Numbered from the stretch's first letter, positions 20,230 to 32,220 are shown. The stretch: 64,000 nucleotides of DNA from a candidate division FCPU426 bacterium (GCA_963840035.1 CAWIXE010000002.1:32001-96000); one strand, 5' to 3'. The notes: generated by a model from the sequence alone, not told the origin. Program-made: numbers and translations.

Positions 20230-20348
20230 GTATTGAGCCGGTTTGCATATGACGTGAGCAGTATGAAATGTTCGTGACATATACATATCGAATGGCTGGC
20301 TCACGCGTTTGAGAACAACGTCTGAGAGGGGGCAAGCCCCCTCTCTAC
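20230..20348 (-). repeat. ~120-bp REP-derived structured element, copy 1
   Basis: Reverse complement shares its first 30 nt (GTAGAGAGGGGGCTTGCCCCCTCTCAGACG) and CAGCCATTCGATATGTATATG with 22312-22429. Confidence 0.85.
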
Positions 20349-20378
20349 AATTGTTGTAATAATTAAGATTAACACGGT

Positions 20379-20508
20379 GTAGAGACGGGACCTGTGCCCA
20401 TCTCAGGTGGGGTATTAAACAGGTTAAAGCGCAGAGACGCCCACCATTCGAGATGCATATGACATGAGAGTATTATAGAACTCATGGCATAGCGGGTGGC
20501 ATCTCTAC
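20379..20508 (+). repeat. ~130-bp REP-derived structured element, copy 2
   Basis: GTAGAG...CTCTAC ends; internal CCATTCGAGATGCATATGACATGAG..CTCATGGCATA. Confidence 0.75.
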
Positions 20509-20528
20509 GGAAATATTCGGGAGGGGAT

Positions 20529-22112
20529 ATGCCGGATAAGAAAACAAAAAAGGTAAAAGCAAAAACTGTTGTCATAAAAAAGCGCGAGACCTGGGGGTCA
20601 AAGCTCGGGATCATCCTTGCGGTAGCGGGTTCCGCGATCGGGCTCGGGAACTTCCTTCGGTTCCCGGTGCAGGCTGTCCAAAACGGCGGCGGCGCGTTTA
20701 TGATACCTTATCTTATAGCCCTTGTAATAGTCGGGCTTCCTCTTATGTGGATTGAGTGGACAGTAGGCCGTTACGGCGGCGGCTTTGGCCACGGCACGGC
20801 GCCGGGTATATTCCACACCATAGGCAACAAGAACCGCTTTATAAAATACTTCGGCGTTATCGGCATGTTCGGGCCGGTCGTGATATTCCTTTATTATTGT
20901 TTTATTGAGTCATGGCTTTTGGGGTTTACCTTCTTTTCGCTGACGCCTGATTACGCACTGGCTGTTAAGGCGGGAAAGATAGGGGAGTTTTTCAGCAATT
21001 ACATAACAGTCAAATCAGTCCTTTCCCCCGCTTACCTGTTTTTTCTGGTAACTTTCATCCTGAATTTTCTTATTTTATATTTTGGCATAAATAAAGGCAT
21101 TGAAACGGTATCAAAGATCGCCATGCCTCTGCTGATGGTTTTAGGGATAATACTTGTCATAAGGGTGCTGACCCTTGACATGCTGCACAGCCCTGATTTT
21201 AAGTGGAGCATAAGCCAGGGCATGGGTTTCATGTGGAATCCGGATTTCTCAAAACTTTTAAGCGCCAAAGTGTGGCTTGCCGCGGCAGGGCAGATTTTCT
21301 TCACGTTAAGTATTGGCATGGGTGTTATCATAACATACGCCAGTTACTTAAAAAAAGAGGATGATGTTGTGCTCTCGGGTTTAACTTCGACTGCGACCAA
21401 TGAATTCGCGGAAGTCATCCTCGGCGGTTCGATTATTATTCCTGCGGCATTTGCTTTTTTTGGGCCTGAAAAAATTATGGAAGTGGCGGCAGGCGGAACT
21501 TTCGGCATCGGTTTTATGACCATGCCTGTCATTCTGGATAAACTGCCTCTTTCGGTATTGTTCGGTTTTTTATGGTTCCTGCTTCTGTTCCTGGCAGGTA
21601 TTACATCCTCCATATCCATGCTCCAGCCCGCTATAGCGTTCTTTGAGGATGAATTTAACACCTCAAAAAGAAAGGCTGTGGGGGCAATCGGCGTAATTAC
21701 ATTTTTACTGATGCAGCCTGCCATTTTCTTCCTGGGAAAAGGGGTGGTCGATGAGCTGGATTTCTGGGCAGGCACATTTGCCCTGGTCGTATTCGGCCTC
21801 TTTGAGGTCATCATGTTTGGCTGGGTTTTCGGCATTGATAAAGCATGGGATGAGGTGCATAAAGGCGCCCAGATGAGGGTGCCGCGAATCTACAAATTCA
21901 TAATTAAATATGTAACCCCGGTATTTCTTGCGGCCATTTTAATCGGGTGGTTCATACAGAGCGGCCTGCCGGTAATAATGATGAAAGGCGTCCTGCCTGA
22001 GAATCAGCCTTATATAGTCTGGACAAGGGTGGGGCTTGTTTTTGTATTCGGGCTGCTTGCCCTTATGGTAAAGCTGGCGTGGAACAAGAGGAAAAAGGAG
22101 GGCCGCGAATGA
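20529..22112 (+). CDS. Sodium-dependent transporter, NSS/SNF family
   Basis: RETWGSKLG..AGSAIGLGNFLRFP..NGGGAFMIPY; QIFFTLSIGMG..YASY. Confidence 0.95.
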   Translation: MPDKKTKKVKAKTVVIKKRETWGSKLGIILAVAGSAIGLGNFLRFPVQAVQNGGGAFMIPYLIALVIVGLPLMWIEWTVGRYGGGFGHGTAPGIFHTIGNKNRFIKYFGVIGMFGPVVIFLYYCFIESWLLGFTFFSLTPDYALAVKAGKIGEFFSNYITVKSVLSPAYLFFLVTFILNFLILYFGINKGIETVSKIAMPLLMVLGIILVIRVLTLDMLHSPDFKWSISQGMGFMWNPDFSKLLSAKVWLAAAGQIFFTLSIGMGVIITYASYLKKEDDVVLSGLTSTATNEFAEVILGGSIIIPAAFAFFGPEKIMEVAAGGTFGIGFMTMPVILDKLPLSVLFGFLWFLLLFLAGITSSISMLQPAIAFFEDEFNTSKRKAVGAIGVITFLLMQPAIFFLGKGVVDELDFWAGTFALVVFGLFEVIMFGWVFGIDKAWDEVHKGAQMRVPRIYKFIIKYVTPVFLAAILIGWFIQSGLPVIMMKGVLPENQPYIVWTRVGLVFVFGLLALMVKLAWNKRKKEGRE

Positions 22113-22204
22113 ACATATTCGGCTGGTTGATGCTGATTGCGACCTGGGGGATAATAACGGTCATATGCGTGTATTGTTTTTACAGGATTTTAACGGAGAA
22201 GTGA
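22109..22204 (+). CDS. 31-aa membrane peptide, probable NSS transporter small subunit (not in ORF track)
   Basis: MNIFGWLMLIATWGIITVICVYCFYRILTEK; ATGA overlap with transporter stop; GGAGG RBS. Confidence 0.7.
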   Translation: MNIFGWLMLIATWGIITVICVYCFYRILTEK

Positions 22205-22247
22205 ATTTTAAATTTTCAATTAAAATAAAAATGCCTGTTTAGTATTT

Positions 22248-22271
22248 GTAGGGGCGATTCATGAATCGCCC
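22248..22271 (+). repeat. GTAG-type REP
   Basis: GTAGGGGCGATTCATGAATCGCCC, one mismatch from 32221-32244. Confidence 0.8.
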
Positions 22272-22311
22272 GCACTAAAAAGCGGGAATAGAACGCTGCA
22301 CGTATGTTCTT

Positions 22312-22429
22312 GTAGAGAGGGGGCTTGCCCCCTCTCAGACGAAGAGCCAGCTTTGAGCCGCAGCCATTCGATATGTATATGCCATGAGTATATTGTAGAG
22401 CTCATGGCATATGCAAGCGGCGGCTCTAC
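22312..22429 (+). repeat. ~120-bp REP-derived structured element, copy 3
   Basis: GTAGAG..CTCTAC ends; 5' REP hairpin plus ATATGCCATGAG/CTCATGGCATAT internal stem. Confidence 0.85.
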
Positions 22430-22450
22430 AAAAAATATAAAAGGAACCCA

Positions 22451-23845
22451 ATGGAAAAAATAGTGTTTGCCGTTGTTTTGTCCGTGTTTTTCATGTTGTT
22501 CATCGCCGCTTACCTGGCGGCAGGTGTACTTCCTCCTGAGCGCTGTATTGACTGGACAACCGCGGGCATTCCGGGCGGGTTTAAGGACTATCCTGTCTCG
22601 GTCAATGTAATGGATTTCGGGGCAAAGGCTGACGGCAAGACAGACGATTCAAAGGCTCTTATGGACGCCATAGCAGACGCGAAAAACAATACGGCAGTAT
22701 TCATCCCGGCAGGGACATACCTTATTAAAAATCCGATAACTTTCGGTAAATCCATAGTCTTAAGAGGCGCGGGCAAGGATAAGACTTTCCTCGTATTTGA
22801 CTTTGCCGGAAACCCGGCAAAAGACGCCATAAATATTTCCGCGGATAACAGCGGGGAATGGGTGGAAATAATATCCGGGTATGAAAAGGGTTCTGAAAAA
22901 ATACTTGTGGACAGCGGCGGGGAATTCACGGAAGGCGGATTTGCAGAACTTTGCCAGGACAACGACCCGGAAGCCATGTACACCTCGTCAAACTGGAACC
23001 AGCCATGGGCGCAGAATGTCTGCGGCCAGCTCTTTAAGGTTGAAAAAGTAAACGGCAATGAAATATTCATGGACGAACCGCTTCATCTTGATTATAAGAA
23101 GGCGCTGAACGTAAGGGTGAGGCCTGTTTCCATGGTAATTGGGGCAGGGGTAGAGGCGCTTGCCTTAAAGCGTATTGATAAGGGCGACGCGAACATGATA
23201 ACGGTAAAATACGGGGCGTATTGCCGGATAAAGGACATTGAAAGCGAATACATATTAAGGACGCACGCCGCCCTTGAGTCATCATATAAGTGCGAAGTCA
23301 TTGGCAGCACTTTCCACCACGCCCATGATTACGGCGGCGGGGGCCATGGCTATGGAGTGGAACTTAAGCACAGGACAAACAACTGCCTGGTCGAGGGTAA
23401 TACTTTTTACACCCTGCGCCATTCCATGATGGTGCACTTAGGCGCGAACGGCAATGTCTTCGGATATAACATCTCCACGGACCCTGTAGCCACGGGGGAC
23501 CACACTCCTGGAACGATGATTTGCGACGTATCCATCCACGGCCATTACCCGTATATGAACCTTTTTGAGGGCAATACGGTGCAGAAGATAGAGGTGTCCG
23601 ATTACTGGGGCCCGTCAGGCCCGGGAAACACATTTTTTCGCAATATAATAAAAACGGAAGTTATTGTAAATGAACAGTCGCCATATCAGAATTTTTTATA
23701 TAATGCCGTTGAAAATGAAGGGCGTGAATTGTTGATTAGAGAAGATTCTGTCATTAATACCATTGTCGACACCGGAAATTCATTTGGAGCAGGGAAAAAT
23801 CCAATAAAAACGGCGGTTAAATCGCTTTACAAAAAGGCAAAGTGA
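22451..23845 (+). CDS. Secreted right-handed beta-helix protein (pectate-lyase-3 / GH28-related fold)
   Basis: VNVMDFGAKADGKTDDS..A...AI; VFIPAGTY; IVLRGAG; Asn-ladder repeats. Confidence 0.75.
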   Translation: MEKIVFAVVLSVFFMLFIAAYLAAGVLPPERCIDWTTAGIPGGFKDYPVSVNVMDFGAKADGKTDDSKALMDAIADAKNNTAVFIPAGTYLIKNPITFGKSIVLRGAGKDKTFLVFDFAGNPAKDAINISADNSGEWVEIISGYEKGSEKILVDSGGEFTEGGFAELCQDNDPEAMYTSSNWNQPWAQNVCGQLFKVEKVNGNEIFMDEPLHLDYKKALNVRVRPVSMVIGAGVEALALKRIDKGDANMITVKYGAYCRIKDIESEYILRTHAALESSYKCEVIGSTFHHAHDYGGGGHGYGVELKHRTNNCLVEGNTFYTLRHSMMVHLGANGNVFGYNISTDPVATGDHTPGTMICDVSIHGHYPYMNLFEGNTVQKIEVSDYWGPSGPGNTFFRNIIKTEVIVNEQSPYQNFLYNAVENEGRELLIREDSVINTIVDTGNSFGAGKNPIKTAVKSLYKKAK

Positions 23846-24011
23846 CATTTTCCCAGTGCGGTCCTGCCTTTTGCCTTATAATAATACTCAATTAGTGGTA
23901 TTTCAGACTGTGAAACGCAATGTTAAATTTGTATTGAAAAAAAAATAAAACTATTGTATTATCAGTTTTGTTATTTTAAACGCTCAACAAAGCGGTCAGG
24001 AGTTTTATATA

Positions 24012-24494
24012 ATGATTGAGATGAAAGTAAACGGACTGGCCATAGACAGCGCGTCAAAAATGCCTGTTGTAATACTGACTGACAAGGAAGAAAAACGGTT
24101 CTTACCAATATGGATAGGCGTATACGAGGCGGACGCGATACTTGTCGCGATTGAGTCGATAGAAGTCCCCCGCCCCATGACGCATGACCTGATTAAAGCC
24201 ATCCTTGAAACCATGGACGCGGCGGTGGAGCGGGTTGCCATCACAGAGATTACAAACAACACCTTTTTCGCCAAAATATACCTTTTAAAGGACGGCAAGG
24301 AAAAGGAAGTGGATTCCAGGCCCTCTGACGCGATTGCGCTTGCGTTAAGGATGGGAGCGCCCATATTTGTCTCGGAAAATGTCATCATGGAAGCGACTAT
24401 CATGGACAAGGACAAGTATGAGAAGGAAATGAAGGAATTCAAGGATTTTTTAAAAGAAGTCAAACCCTCTGATTTTAATAATTATAAGGAATAG
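24012..24494 (+). CDS. Bifunctional nuclease family protein (DUF151)
   Basis: LPIWIG..EA.AI, RPMTHDL, DSRPSDAIALALR. Confidence 0.92.
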   Translation: MIEMKVNGLAIDSASKMPVVILTDKEEKRFLPIWIGVYEADAILVAIESIEVPRPMTHDLIKAILETMDAAVERVAITEITNNTFFAKIYLLKDGKEKEVDSRPSDAIALALRMGAPIFVSENVIMEATIMDKDKYEKEMKEFKDFLKEVKPSDFNNYKE

Positions 24495-24499
24495 CGGAT

Positions 24500-24718
24500 A
24501 TGAAAGAGGAAAACAGGGAACTGCTCCGCAAGACAGGGGAGCTCGGGGCCCTGGGATTTACCCTGGTACTCCTGACTTTTTTGGGGCTCGGCGCCGGGAT
24601 TATGCTGGATAAATGGACTAATTTAAAACCGCTCTTTACAATTGTGATGCTGCTCGCCGGCATCGCGGCAGGCTTTTGGTACCTGATATATAAGTTTGGG
24701 CAGCATGGAAAAAAATAA
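24500..24718 (+). CDS. AtpZ/AtpI-family ATP synthase accessory protein
   Basis: GLGAGIMLDKW..PLFTIVMLLAGIAAGF, first gene of atp block. Confidence 0.8.
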   Translation: MKEENRELLRKTGELGALGFTLVLLTFLGLGAGIMLDKWTNLKPLFTIVMLLAGIAAGFWYLIYKFGQHGKK

Positions 24719-25073
24719 AAAAGCCATACTCATATCAGGCATAGTGGCGGCGGTAATTTGCGCCGGACTTTATGCGTTCAACGCGAGGCTATCCCTGGGG
24801 ATTCTCGCGGGATACCTGACCGGACTTATAAATTTTTTCCTTATAGCGTCACAGGTAAAGAAAATGCTCGGGAGCGAAGGCGCGGCCGCGGCAAAAGTGA
24901 CGGCAGGATCGTTCTTTTACTTTTTAAGATTGCTTGGCGCCGCGGCGGTCATAGCGGCGGTTGTAATTAACGCGAAACACTTTTCAATAGCGGGATTTCT
25001 GGCCGGTTTTACGGCATATGTAGCGGTGATGATAACGGTACACGCGGTAAGCGCAAGAAAAACTGACAAATAA
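24705..25073 (+). CDS. atpI: ATP synthase subunit I
   Basis: Four TM helices, position immediately before atpB. Confidence 0.7.
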   Translation: MEKNKKAILISGIVAAVICAGLYAFNARLSLGILAGYLTGLINFFLIASQVKKMLGSEGAAAAKVTAGSFFYFLRLLGAAAVIAAVVINAKHFSIAGFLAGFTAYVAVMITVHAVSARKTDK

Positions 25074-25086
25074 AACAGGTGATTCA

Positions 25087-25875
25087 ATGGAAGAAGCAAT
25101 ATTACTGGAAGGAAACTTACTTTTATTTGGCCTTGACGAGAAATCATCCATGACTATCTATATGGTAGTCCTCGACATGCTAATTGTCGCGTTTATTATC
25201 TGGCTCGGGTCTATTAACAAGAAGAGAAGGCCGGGAGGCGCTCAGAACCTGGTTGAGTGGACCGTTACTTACATATGCAATTATGCGGACTCCATAATCG
25301 GCGAGAAAGACGCGCCGCGTTATTACGCGCTTTTAGTCATGCTTTTCCTGTATATCTTTGTCGGGAACTTAATCGGGCTTGTTCCGGGACTTGTCTCGCC
25401 GACTTCGTCTCTTTCGGTTACCGTCACCCTTGCCGTAGGCGTGTGGCTTTATACGTGGTTTGAAGGTTTGACGCGCAAGGGGCCTATTAAATTTTTTGCC
25501 CATTACGCCGGGCCTTCAAGCGTTCCTATTGCCATCAGGATACCGCTTTTCTTCATTGAACTCTTATCAGACTTTTCCAGGATGATATCGCTCTCATTCA
25601 GGTTATTCGGAAACATCGTGGCAAAGGAAGTCCTTTTAAGTGTGCTTGTCACGCTTATACTTCTGTTCTGGCCCGTAGTAAAAGACAGCTTTATCAATGG
25701 CATGATATTTTCGATAGCCGCGGTGCTTCGTCCGCTTATTATCTGGCTCGGCGTGCTGGTGAGCTTAATCCAGGCCGGAGTTTTCACACTGCTTACGGCG
25801 ACATACATAGCCGGAGCGGCGGTATCGCACGAAGAGCATTCAGCTGAAGATGAGAAACATCACATAAACGTATAA
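25087..25875 (+). CDS. atpB: F0F1 ATP synthase subunit a
   Basis: [37 protein letters not shown]. Confidence 0.95.
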   Translation: MEEAILLEGNLLLFGLDEKSSMTIYMVVLDMLIVAFIIWLGSINKKRRPGGAQNLVEWTVTYICNYADSIIGEKDAPRYYALLVMLFLYIFVGNLIGLVPGLVSPTSSLSVTVTLAVGVWLYTWFEGLTRKGPIKFFAHYAGPSSVPIAIRIPLFFIELLSDFSRMISLSFRLFGNIVAKEVLLSVLVTLILLFWPVVKDSFINGMIFSIAAVLRPLIIWLGVLVSLIQAGVFTLLTATYIAGAAVSHEEHSAEDEKHHINV

Positions 25876-25897
25876 TAATAAACCAGGAGGTGAAAGT

Positions 25898-26281
25898 ATG
25901 AAAAAGTTAGCAAAGGTATTATTGGCAGTGATTTGTGTTCTTTCGTTGGCGTCTTTTGTTTTAGCGGCTGAACCTGCGGCAACAACCGAAGGCGCGGCTG
26001 TAGCGCAGAAAGCTGACAGCGGAAGCGTCCAGTTTTTCGCGTTCTCAGCGCTTGCTGCGGCACTTGGCGTAGGCATCGGCGCGTTAGGATGCGGCATCGG
26101 ACAGGGAATCGCCACTTCAAAAGCATGCGAAGGCGTAGCACGTCAGCCTGAAGCTGCTTCGAAGATCCAGGGTGTTCTGATCCTCGGACTGGCTATTATC
26201 GAGTCTCTCACGATTTACGCCCTTGTTATCGGTCTGATCCTGCTTTACGCAAATCCGTTACAGAAGTTTTTTATATCATAA
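25898..26281 (+). CDS. atpE: F0F1 ATP synthase subunit c with N-terminal signal-peptide-like extension
   Basis: [30 protein letters not shown]. Confidence 0.95.
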   Translation: MKKLAKVLLAVICVLSLASFVLAAEPAATTEGAAVAQKADSGSVQFFAFSALAAALGVGIGALGCGIGQGIATSKACEGVARQPEAASKIQGVLILGLAIIESLTIYALVIGLILLYANPLQKFFIS

Positions 26282-26288
26282 TAGTAAA

Positions 26289-26308
26289 TGCGGGCCGTAT
26301 GGCCCGCA
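26289..26308 (+). other. GC-rich hairpin after atpE (possible mRNA stabiliser or attenuator)
   Basis: tgcgggcc gtat ggcccgca. Confidence 0.5.
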
Positions 26309-26320
26309 CGGCTTTATAAC

Positions 26321-26392
26321 AATTTTAAATTTGAAATTTTGAATTTGAAATTGGCGAGAAAGAACTTGGGCTTTGAGCTTTGGGCTCTTGCC
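26321..26392. repeat. Two different heptamer arrays between atpE and atpF
   Basis: aatttta aatttga aattttg aatttga aatt; then ttgggct ttgagct ttgggct cttgccc. Confidence 0.8.
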
Positions 26393-26408
26393 CTCAACGG
26401 AGGTTACA

Positions 26409-26903
26409 ATGGTAGATGTTAAATGGGAAATAGTGCTGGTACAGCTGATTACTTTTCTCGTGGGAATGTGGTTCGTATGGAACTCCATGATAAAAGCGCT
26501 CATAAAGACCATCAAGGAAAGGGGCGAGTACATCAAATCGACCCTGGATAAAGTTGAAAAGGACAAGGCTGACATAGAGGCCATGAAGGTTGATTATGAA
26601 AAAAAGATGCATGAAATGCAGTCTCAGGCATCGGCCGCGCTCAATAAGGCCATGGCTGACGGCGAGAAGATCAGGGAATCCCTCGTGGACGAGGCTAAAA
26701 AGGAAGGCATAAAGCTTATCACCGAGGCGAAGTCCGAGATAGAAGCTGAGAAAAGAAAGGCCATAGAGGAAGTAAAGAACACCATAGTGGACATCTCCAT
26801 GATGGCCGCCGAGAAAGCCATAAAGAAAAAGATAACGAAAAAGGACCAGATATCGATGGTGGACGAGTATATAAAAGAAATCGGCAAGACATCCAATAAT
26901 TAA
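26409..26903 (+). CDS. atpF: F0F1 ATP synthase subunit b
   Basis: Single TM plus coiled coil; GGAGG RBS before ATG 26409. Confidence 0.9.
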   Translation: MVDVKWEIVLVQLITFLVGMWFVWNSMIKALIKTIKERGEYIKSTLDKVEKDKADIEAMKVDYEKKMHEMQSQASAALNKAMADGEKIRESLVDEAKKEGIKLITEAKSEIEAEKRKAIEEVKNTIVDISMMAAEKAIKKKITKKDQISMVDEYIKEIGKTSNN

Positions 26904-26918
26904 GGAGAGATGGCATAA

Positions 26919-27585
26919 ATGGCAAATTTAGTACTCCCTTCAAAATACGCGGAAGCGCTCTACAAGGCGGCAGTTGACGCAAACTCGCTTCATGCGGTTA
27001 CGGAAGAGTTAAAGTCCATAAGGGACATCATAGTTTCAAACCCGAAATTAAAAAGCGTCCTGATGCACCCGGGCATAAGCAAAGCGGAAAAGTCAGATAT
27101 GATTAAATCCCTTTTCGGCGAGAAGGTTTCAAAGCTTCTCGCTGAGGCTCATGCTTCTGCTCGTGGAAAAGAAAAGGGAAAATATTTTTGAGGACATTTG
27201 CGCCCTGTTCATACAAAAAGTGGACGAGGCGGGCGGGTTAAAGAAAATTACCATAGAGACCGCGTTCCCGCTGGAAGAAGAGGAAAAGGCGAAATTGATA
27301 GCCAGGCTGGAAAAGGCCATGGATAAAAAGCTGGTTGTGGATACAAAGGTAAACCCGGCCATACTCGGCGGCATCATAATAAGGGAGCGCATGAGGCAGA
27401 TAGACGCTTCCGTAATCCAGTTCTTAAGGTCCATGAGGGCGGACCTTACCGCGATCAAAGCGGTTAAAGTGAAAAAGCCCGTTAAAAAAACCGCGGCAAA
27501 AAAAGCCGCCTTAAAAAAAGAGGCAAAAAAATCAGTTAAAAAACCGGCCGCTAAAAAAACCGCGCCGAAAAAGAAGAAAAAATAA
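26919..27585 (+). CDS. atpH: ATP synthase delta subunit, frameshifted (+1 base near 27138-27141), with Lys/Ala-rich tail
   Basis: YAEALY..P.IS..EK in first frame; LLVEKKRE..VNPAILGGIIIR in second frame. Confidence 0.88.
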
Positions 27586-27591
27586 GCTTTC

Positions 27592-27624
27592 AATTGAAAA
27601 TTGAAAATATAAAATTCTAAATTT
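27592..27624. repeat. Single heptamer array between atpH and atpA
   Basis: aattgaa aattgaa aatataa aattcta aattt. Confidence 0.7.
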
Positions 27625-27641
27625 ATTCAGGAGGAAAGAGC

Positions 27642-29150
27642 ATGCAGATCAGGCCGGAAGAGATTACGAATATTATAAAGTCCCAGCTGGAGAAATATGA
27701 GGCAAAAGTTGAATTAACCGAGGTCGGCCAGGTAATCTCGGTCGGAGACGGTATAGCCCGCGTGTACGGCCTTGACGGCTGTATGTCGCTGGAGCTTCTC
27801 GAGTTCCCGGGGCCCGTATTCGGCGTGGCGTTAAACCTTGAAAAGGATAACGTCGGCGTTGTTTTGATGGGCGATGATAAAGGCATTAAGGAAGGCGACA
27901 CGGTAAAAAGGACCGGCAGGATTATTTCAGTTCCCGTCGGCGATGAACTTATAGGAAGGGTAGTTAACCCGCTCGGACAGCCTTTGGACGGCAAGGGCCC
28001 GATAACCACCACGAAATTCAGGCCCGTTGAAGTAAAGGCGCCGGGAGTTGTCGACAGGAGCCCGGTTAAAGAACCGCTCCAGACAGGCATAAAAGCCATA
28101 GATGCCATGATCCCCATCGGCCGCGGCCAGAGGGAACTTATCATCGGCGACAGGCAGACCGGAAAAACAGCGGTCGCCATAGACGCCATAATTAACCAGC
28201 GCGGGGGCGATGTCATATGCATCTATGTCGCCATCGGACAGAAGCAGTCAACCGTCGCGAAAGTTGTTAAGACATTGGAAGAGCACGGGGCAATGAAATA
28301 CACTATAGTAGTTACCGCCGGCGCCTCTGACCCTTCGCCCCTTCTTTACATCGCTCCTTACGCGGGAGTTGCCATGGGCGAGGAATTTCAGTACCAGGGC
28401 AAGCACGTGCTTTGCGTATACGACGACCTGTCAAAACACGCTGTCGCATACAGGCAGATGTCGCTGCTCTTAAGAAGGCCGCCGGGACGCGAAGCTTATC
28501 CGGGCGACGTTTTCTATTTACACTCCAGGCTTCTGGAGAGGGCTTCAAAATTAAGCGAGAAACTCGGAGGCGGTTCCATCACGGCGCTTCCCATCATAGA
28601 AACGCAGGCCGGGGATATTTCAGCATACATCCCGACAAACGTCATATCCATCACGGATGGACAGATATTCCTTGAAGCCAATCTTTTCTTCGCGGGAGTC
28701 AGGCCGGCTATTAATGTGGGCCTTTCTGTATCGCGTGTCGGCGGAAACGCGCAGACTAAAGCCATGAAGCAGGTCGCGGGCAAGATGAAGCTCGATATGG
28801 CGCAGTACAGGGAACTCGCGGGATTCGCGCAGTTCGGGTCGGAACTTGACAAGGCATCGCAGGATCAGCTTAACCTTGGCCGCAGAATGGAAGAGATATT
28901 AAAACAGGGCCAGTATGTTCCGCAGGATGTAGCCGACCAGATCATAGTAATATACGCGGCGACCAACAGGTTCTTAGACGACATTCCCGTAGCTGAAGTT
29001 CCGAAATTTGAAGCGGCTCTGACAAAGTTTGTCGACGCAGGCCACAAGGATATCAAGAATGAGATTAAAGAGAAGAAAACACTCAGTGACGACCTTAAGA
29101 AAAAGATAGACAAGGTAATATTGGATTTCAAGGCTACTTATAAAAAATAG
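27642..29150 (+). CDS. atpA: F1 ATP synthase alpha subunit
   Basis: [29 protein letters not shown]. Confidence 0.98.
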   Translation: MQIRPEEITNIIKSQLEKYEAKVELTEVGQVISVGDGIARVYGLDGCMSLELLEFPGPVFGVALNLEKDNVGVVLMGDDKGIKEGDTVKRTGRIISVPVGDELIGRVVNPLGQPLDGKGPITTTKFRPVEVKAPGVVDRSPVKEPLQTGIKAIDAMIPIGRGQRELIIGDRQTGKTAVAIDAIINQRGGDVICIYVAIGQKQSTVAKVVKTLEEHGAMKYTIVVTAGASDPSPLLYIAPYAGVAMGEEFQYQGKHVLCVYDDLSKHAVAYRQMSLLLRRPPGREAYPGDVFYLHSRLLERASKLSEKLGGGSITALPIIETQAGDISAYIPTNVISITDGQIFLEANLFFAGVRPAINVGLSVSRVGGNAQTKAMKQVAGKMKLDMAQYRELAGFAQFGSELDKASQDQLNLGRRMEEILKQGQYVPQDVADQIIVIYAATNRFLDDIPVAEVPKFEAALTKFVDAGHKDIKNEIKEKKTLSDDLKKKIDKVILDFKATYKK

Positions 29151-29168
29151 TTTTAAGATAAAGTGATA

Positions 29169-29240
29169 GTTTGAAGTTTTAAGATTTAGGGCGGTACAGG
29201 GCAGTATCTTAAAACCCTAAACTTAAAACTTCCAAATCTC
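29169..29240. repeat. Heptamer-periodic inverted pair between atpA and atpG
   Basis: gtttgaa gttttaa gatttag g ... cttaaaa ccctaaa cttaaaa cttccaa atctc. Confidence 0.7.
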
Positions 29241-29256
29241 GATCTCAGGAGACCAT

Positions 29257-30107
29257 ATGGCAACACTTAGAACGATTAAAAAGAGGATCAAGAGCGCGGG
29301 AAACATACAGCAGATAACCAAGGCCATGAAGATGGTCTCGGCTGCGAAGCTCAGGAAAGCGCAGGACAGGATTATAGCGGCGCGCCCTTATGCTTCCAAG
29401 ATAGAGGAAGTCATAGACGAGCTGATAGTTAATGTCAAATCCGAGAAGGGCAAGTACCCCCTGCTCGAGGAAAATAAAGGCGTTAAAAAAGAGGCGCTGG
29501 TGCTGATCACGGCTGACAAAGGCCTCTGCGGCAGTTTTAACTCGAACCTTGTGAAGGAAGCCATGGCAAGGCTTAAGGAAAATCCGGACGTGGGCCTTTA
29601 CATTATAGGAAAAAAAGGCATGGACGTTTTTAAACGTCTTGGCATGGAAATAGAAAAATTCAAGTATAATGACAAAAATATAGGCTGGATTGACATTGAG
29701 GAATTAAGCGGGGACATGCTGAAGAATTACATAGCGAAAAAGTACGCGAAGATTACCGTCATTTTCAGCGAGTTCCAGTCGTCGCTCCAGCAAAAAATAG
29801 TAAAAAAGCAGATTGCGCCCGTGGTTTTCGAGACAAAAGGCGCTGTTGCCAGGGACTTCATATACGAACCGGAAGAAACCGAAGTTTTAAACGCGCTTCT
29901 TCTGCGCTATGTAAAAACGCAGTTATACAGGGCCGTGCTTGAGAACCAGACTTCTGAACAGGGAGTCAGGATGGTATCCATGGAAATGGCGACAAATAAC
30001 GCCAAAGACATGATACGCTCGCTTACGCTGCTGGCAAACAAGACGCGCCAGGCGCAGATAACGAAGGAAATACTCGAGATCGTATCGGGAGCGGAAGCGA
30101 TAAAGTA

Positions 30108-30108
<1 letters not shown>
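29257..30108 (+). CDS. atpG: F1 ATP synthase gamma subunit
   Basis: ITKAMKMVSAAKL, DKGLCGSFN, RQAQITKEILEIVSGA. Confidence 0.97.
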
Positions 30109-31664
<1,556 letters not shown>

Positions 31665-31676
31665 GGCGGAAAACAA

Positions 31677-32102
31677 ATGGCCAAATTGATGCAGATAGAC
31701 ATAGTGACGCCGGAGAAGAAAATATTTGACGGCAAGATAAAGGAACTGACAGCCCCGGGCATAAACGGCGAGTTCGGCGTATTGCCGGATCACGCCCCGT
31801 TCGCCACGGTTCTTGAACCCGGCGTTATTACTTTGTTCCTTGAAAATGGCACGCAGGACATGATGGCGGTATCAGGCGGTTACATAGAGGTTACCAGGGA
31901 AAAAGTGGTCCTTCTTGTGGAAACAGCCGAGCACGCCGAAGAAGTTGATGTGGATACTTTAAAGAGAAGGAAAGACGAGAAGGAAAGGCTCTTAAAGTCA
32001 AAGACAAAAGATGACGTGGATTTTGACGCCATACAGGTTTCGTTAATGAGGGAAATGGCAAGGTTGAAAGCCGTTGAACTGCTTGGAAGGAAAAAAAGAT
32101 AA
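31677..32102 (+). CDS. atpC: F1 ATP synthase epsilon subunit
   Basis: IVTPEK, GEFGVLPDHAP, VSGGYIEV. Confidence 0.93.
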   Translation: MAKLMQIDIVTPEKKIFDGKIKELTAPGINGEFGVLPDHAPFATVLEPGVITLFLENGTQDMMAVSGGYIEVTREKVVLLVETAEHAEEVDVDTLKRRKDEKERLLKSKTKDDVDFDAIQVSLMREMARLKAVELLGRKKR

Positions 32103-32119
32103 GTAATATTTAACATATG

Positions 32120-32147
32120 AGCCCGGGCGAAAGCCCGGGCTTTTTTT
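32120..32147 (+). terminator. Rho-independent terminator of atp operon
   Basis: agcccgggc gaaa gcccgggct followed by T-run. Confidence 0.9.
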
Positions 32148-32220
32148 ATTTGAAGGGATTGCATATTCTTCTACAAAACCGGGGTTGCATGCTTACCGCG
32201 TATTGTCTGTTCTGGCATCT

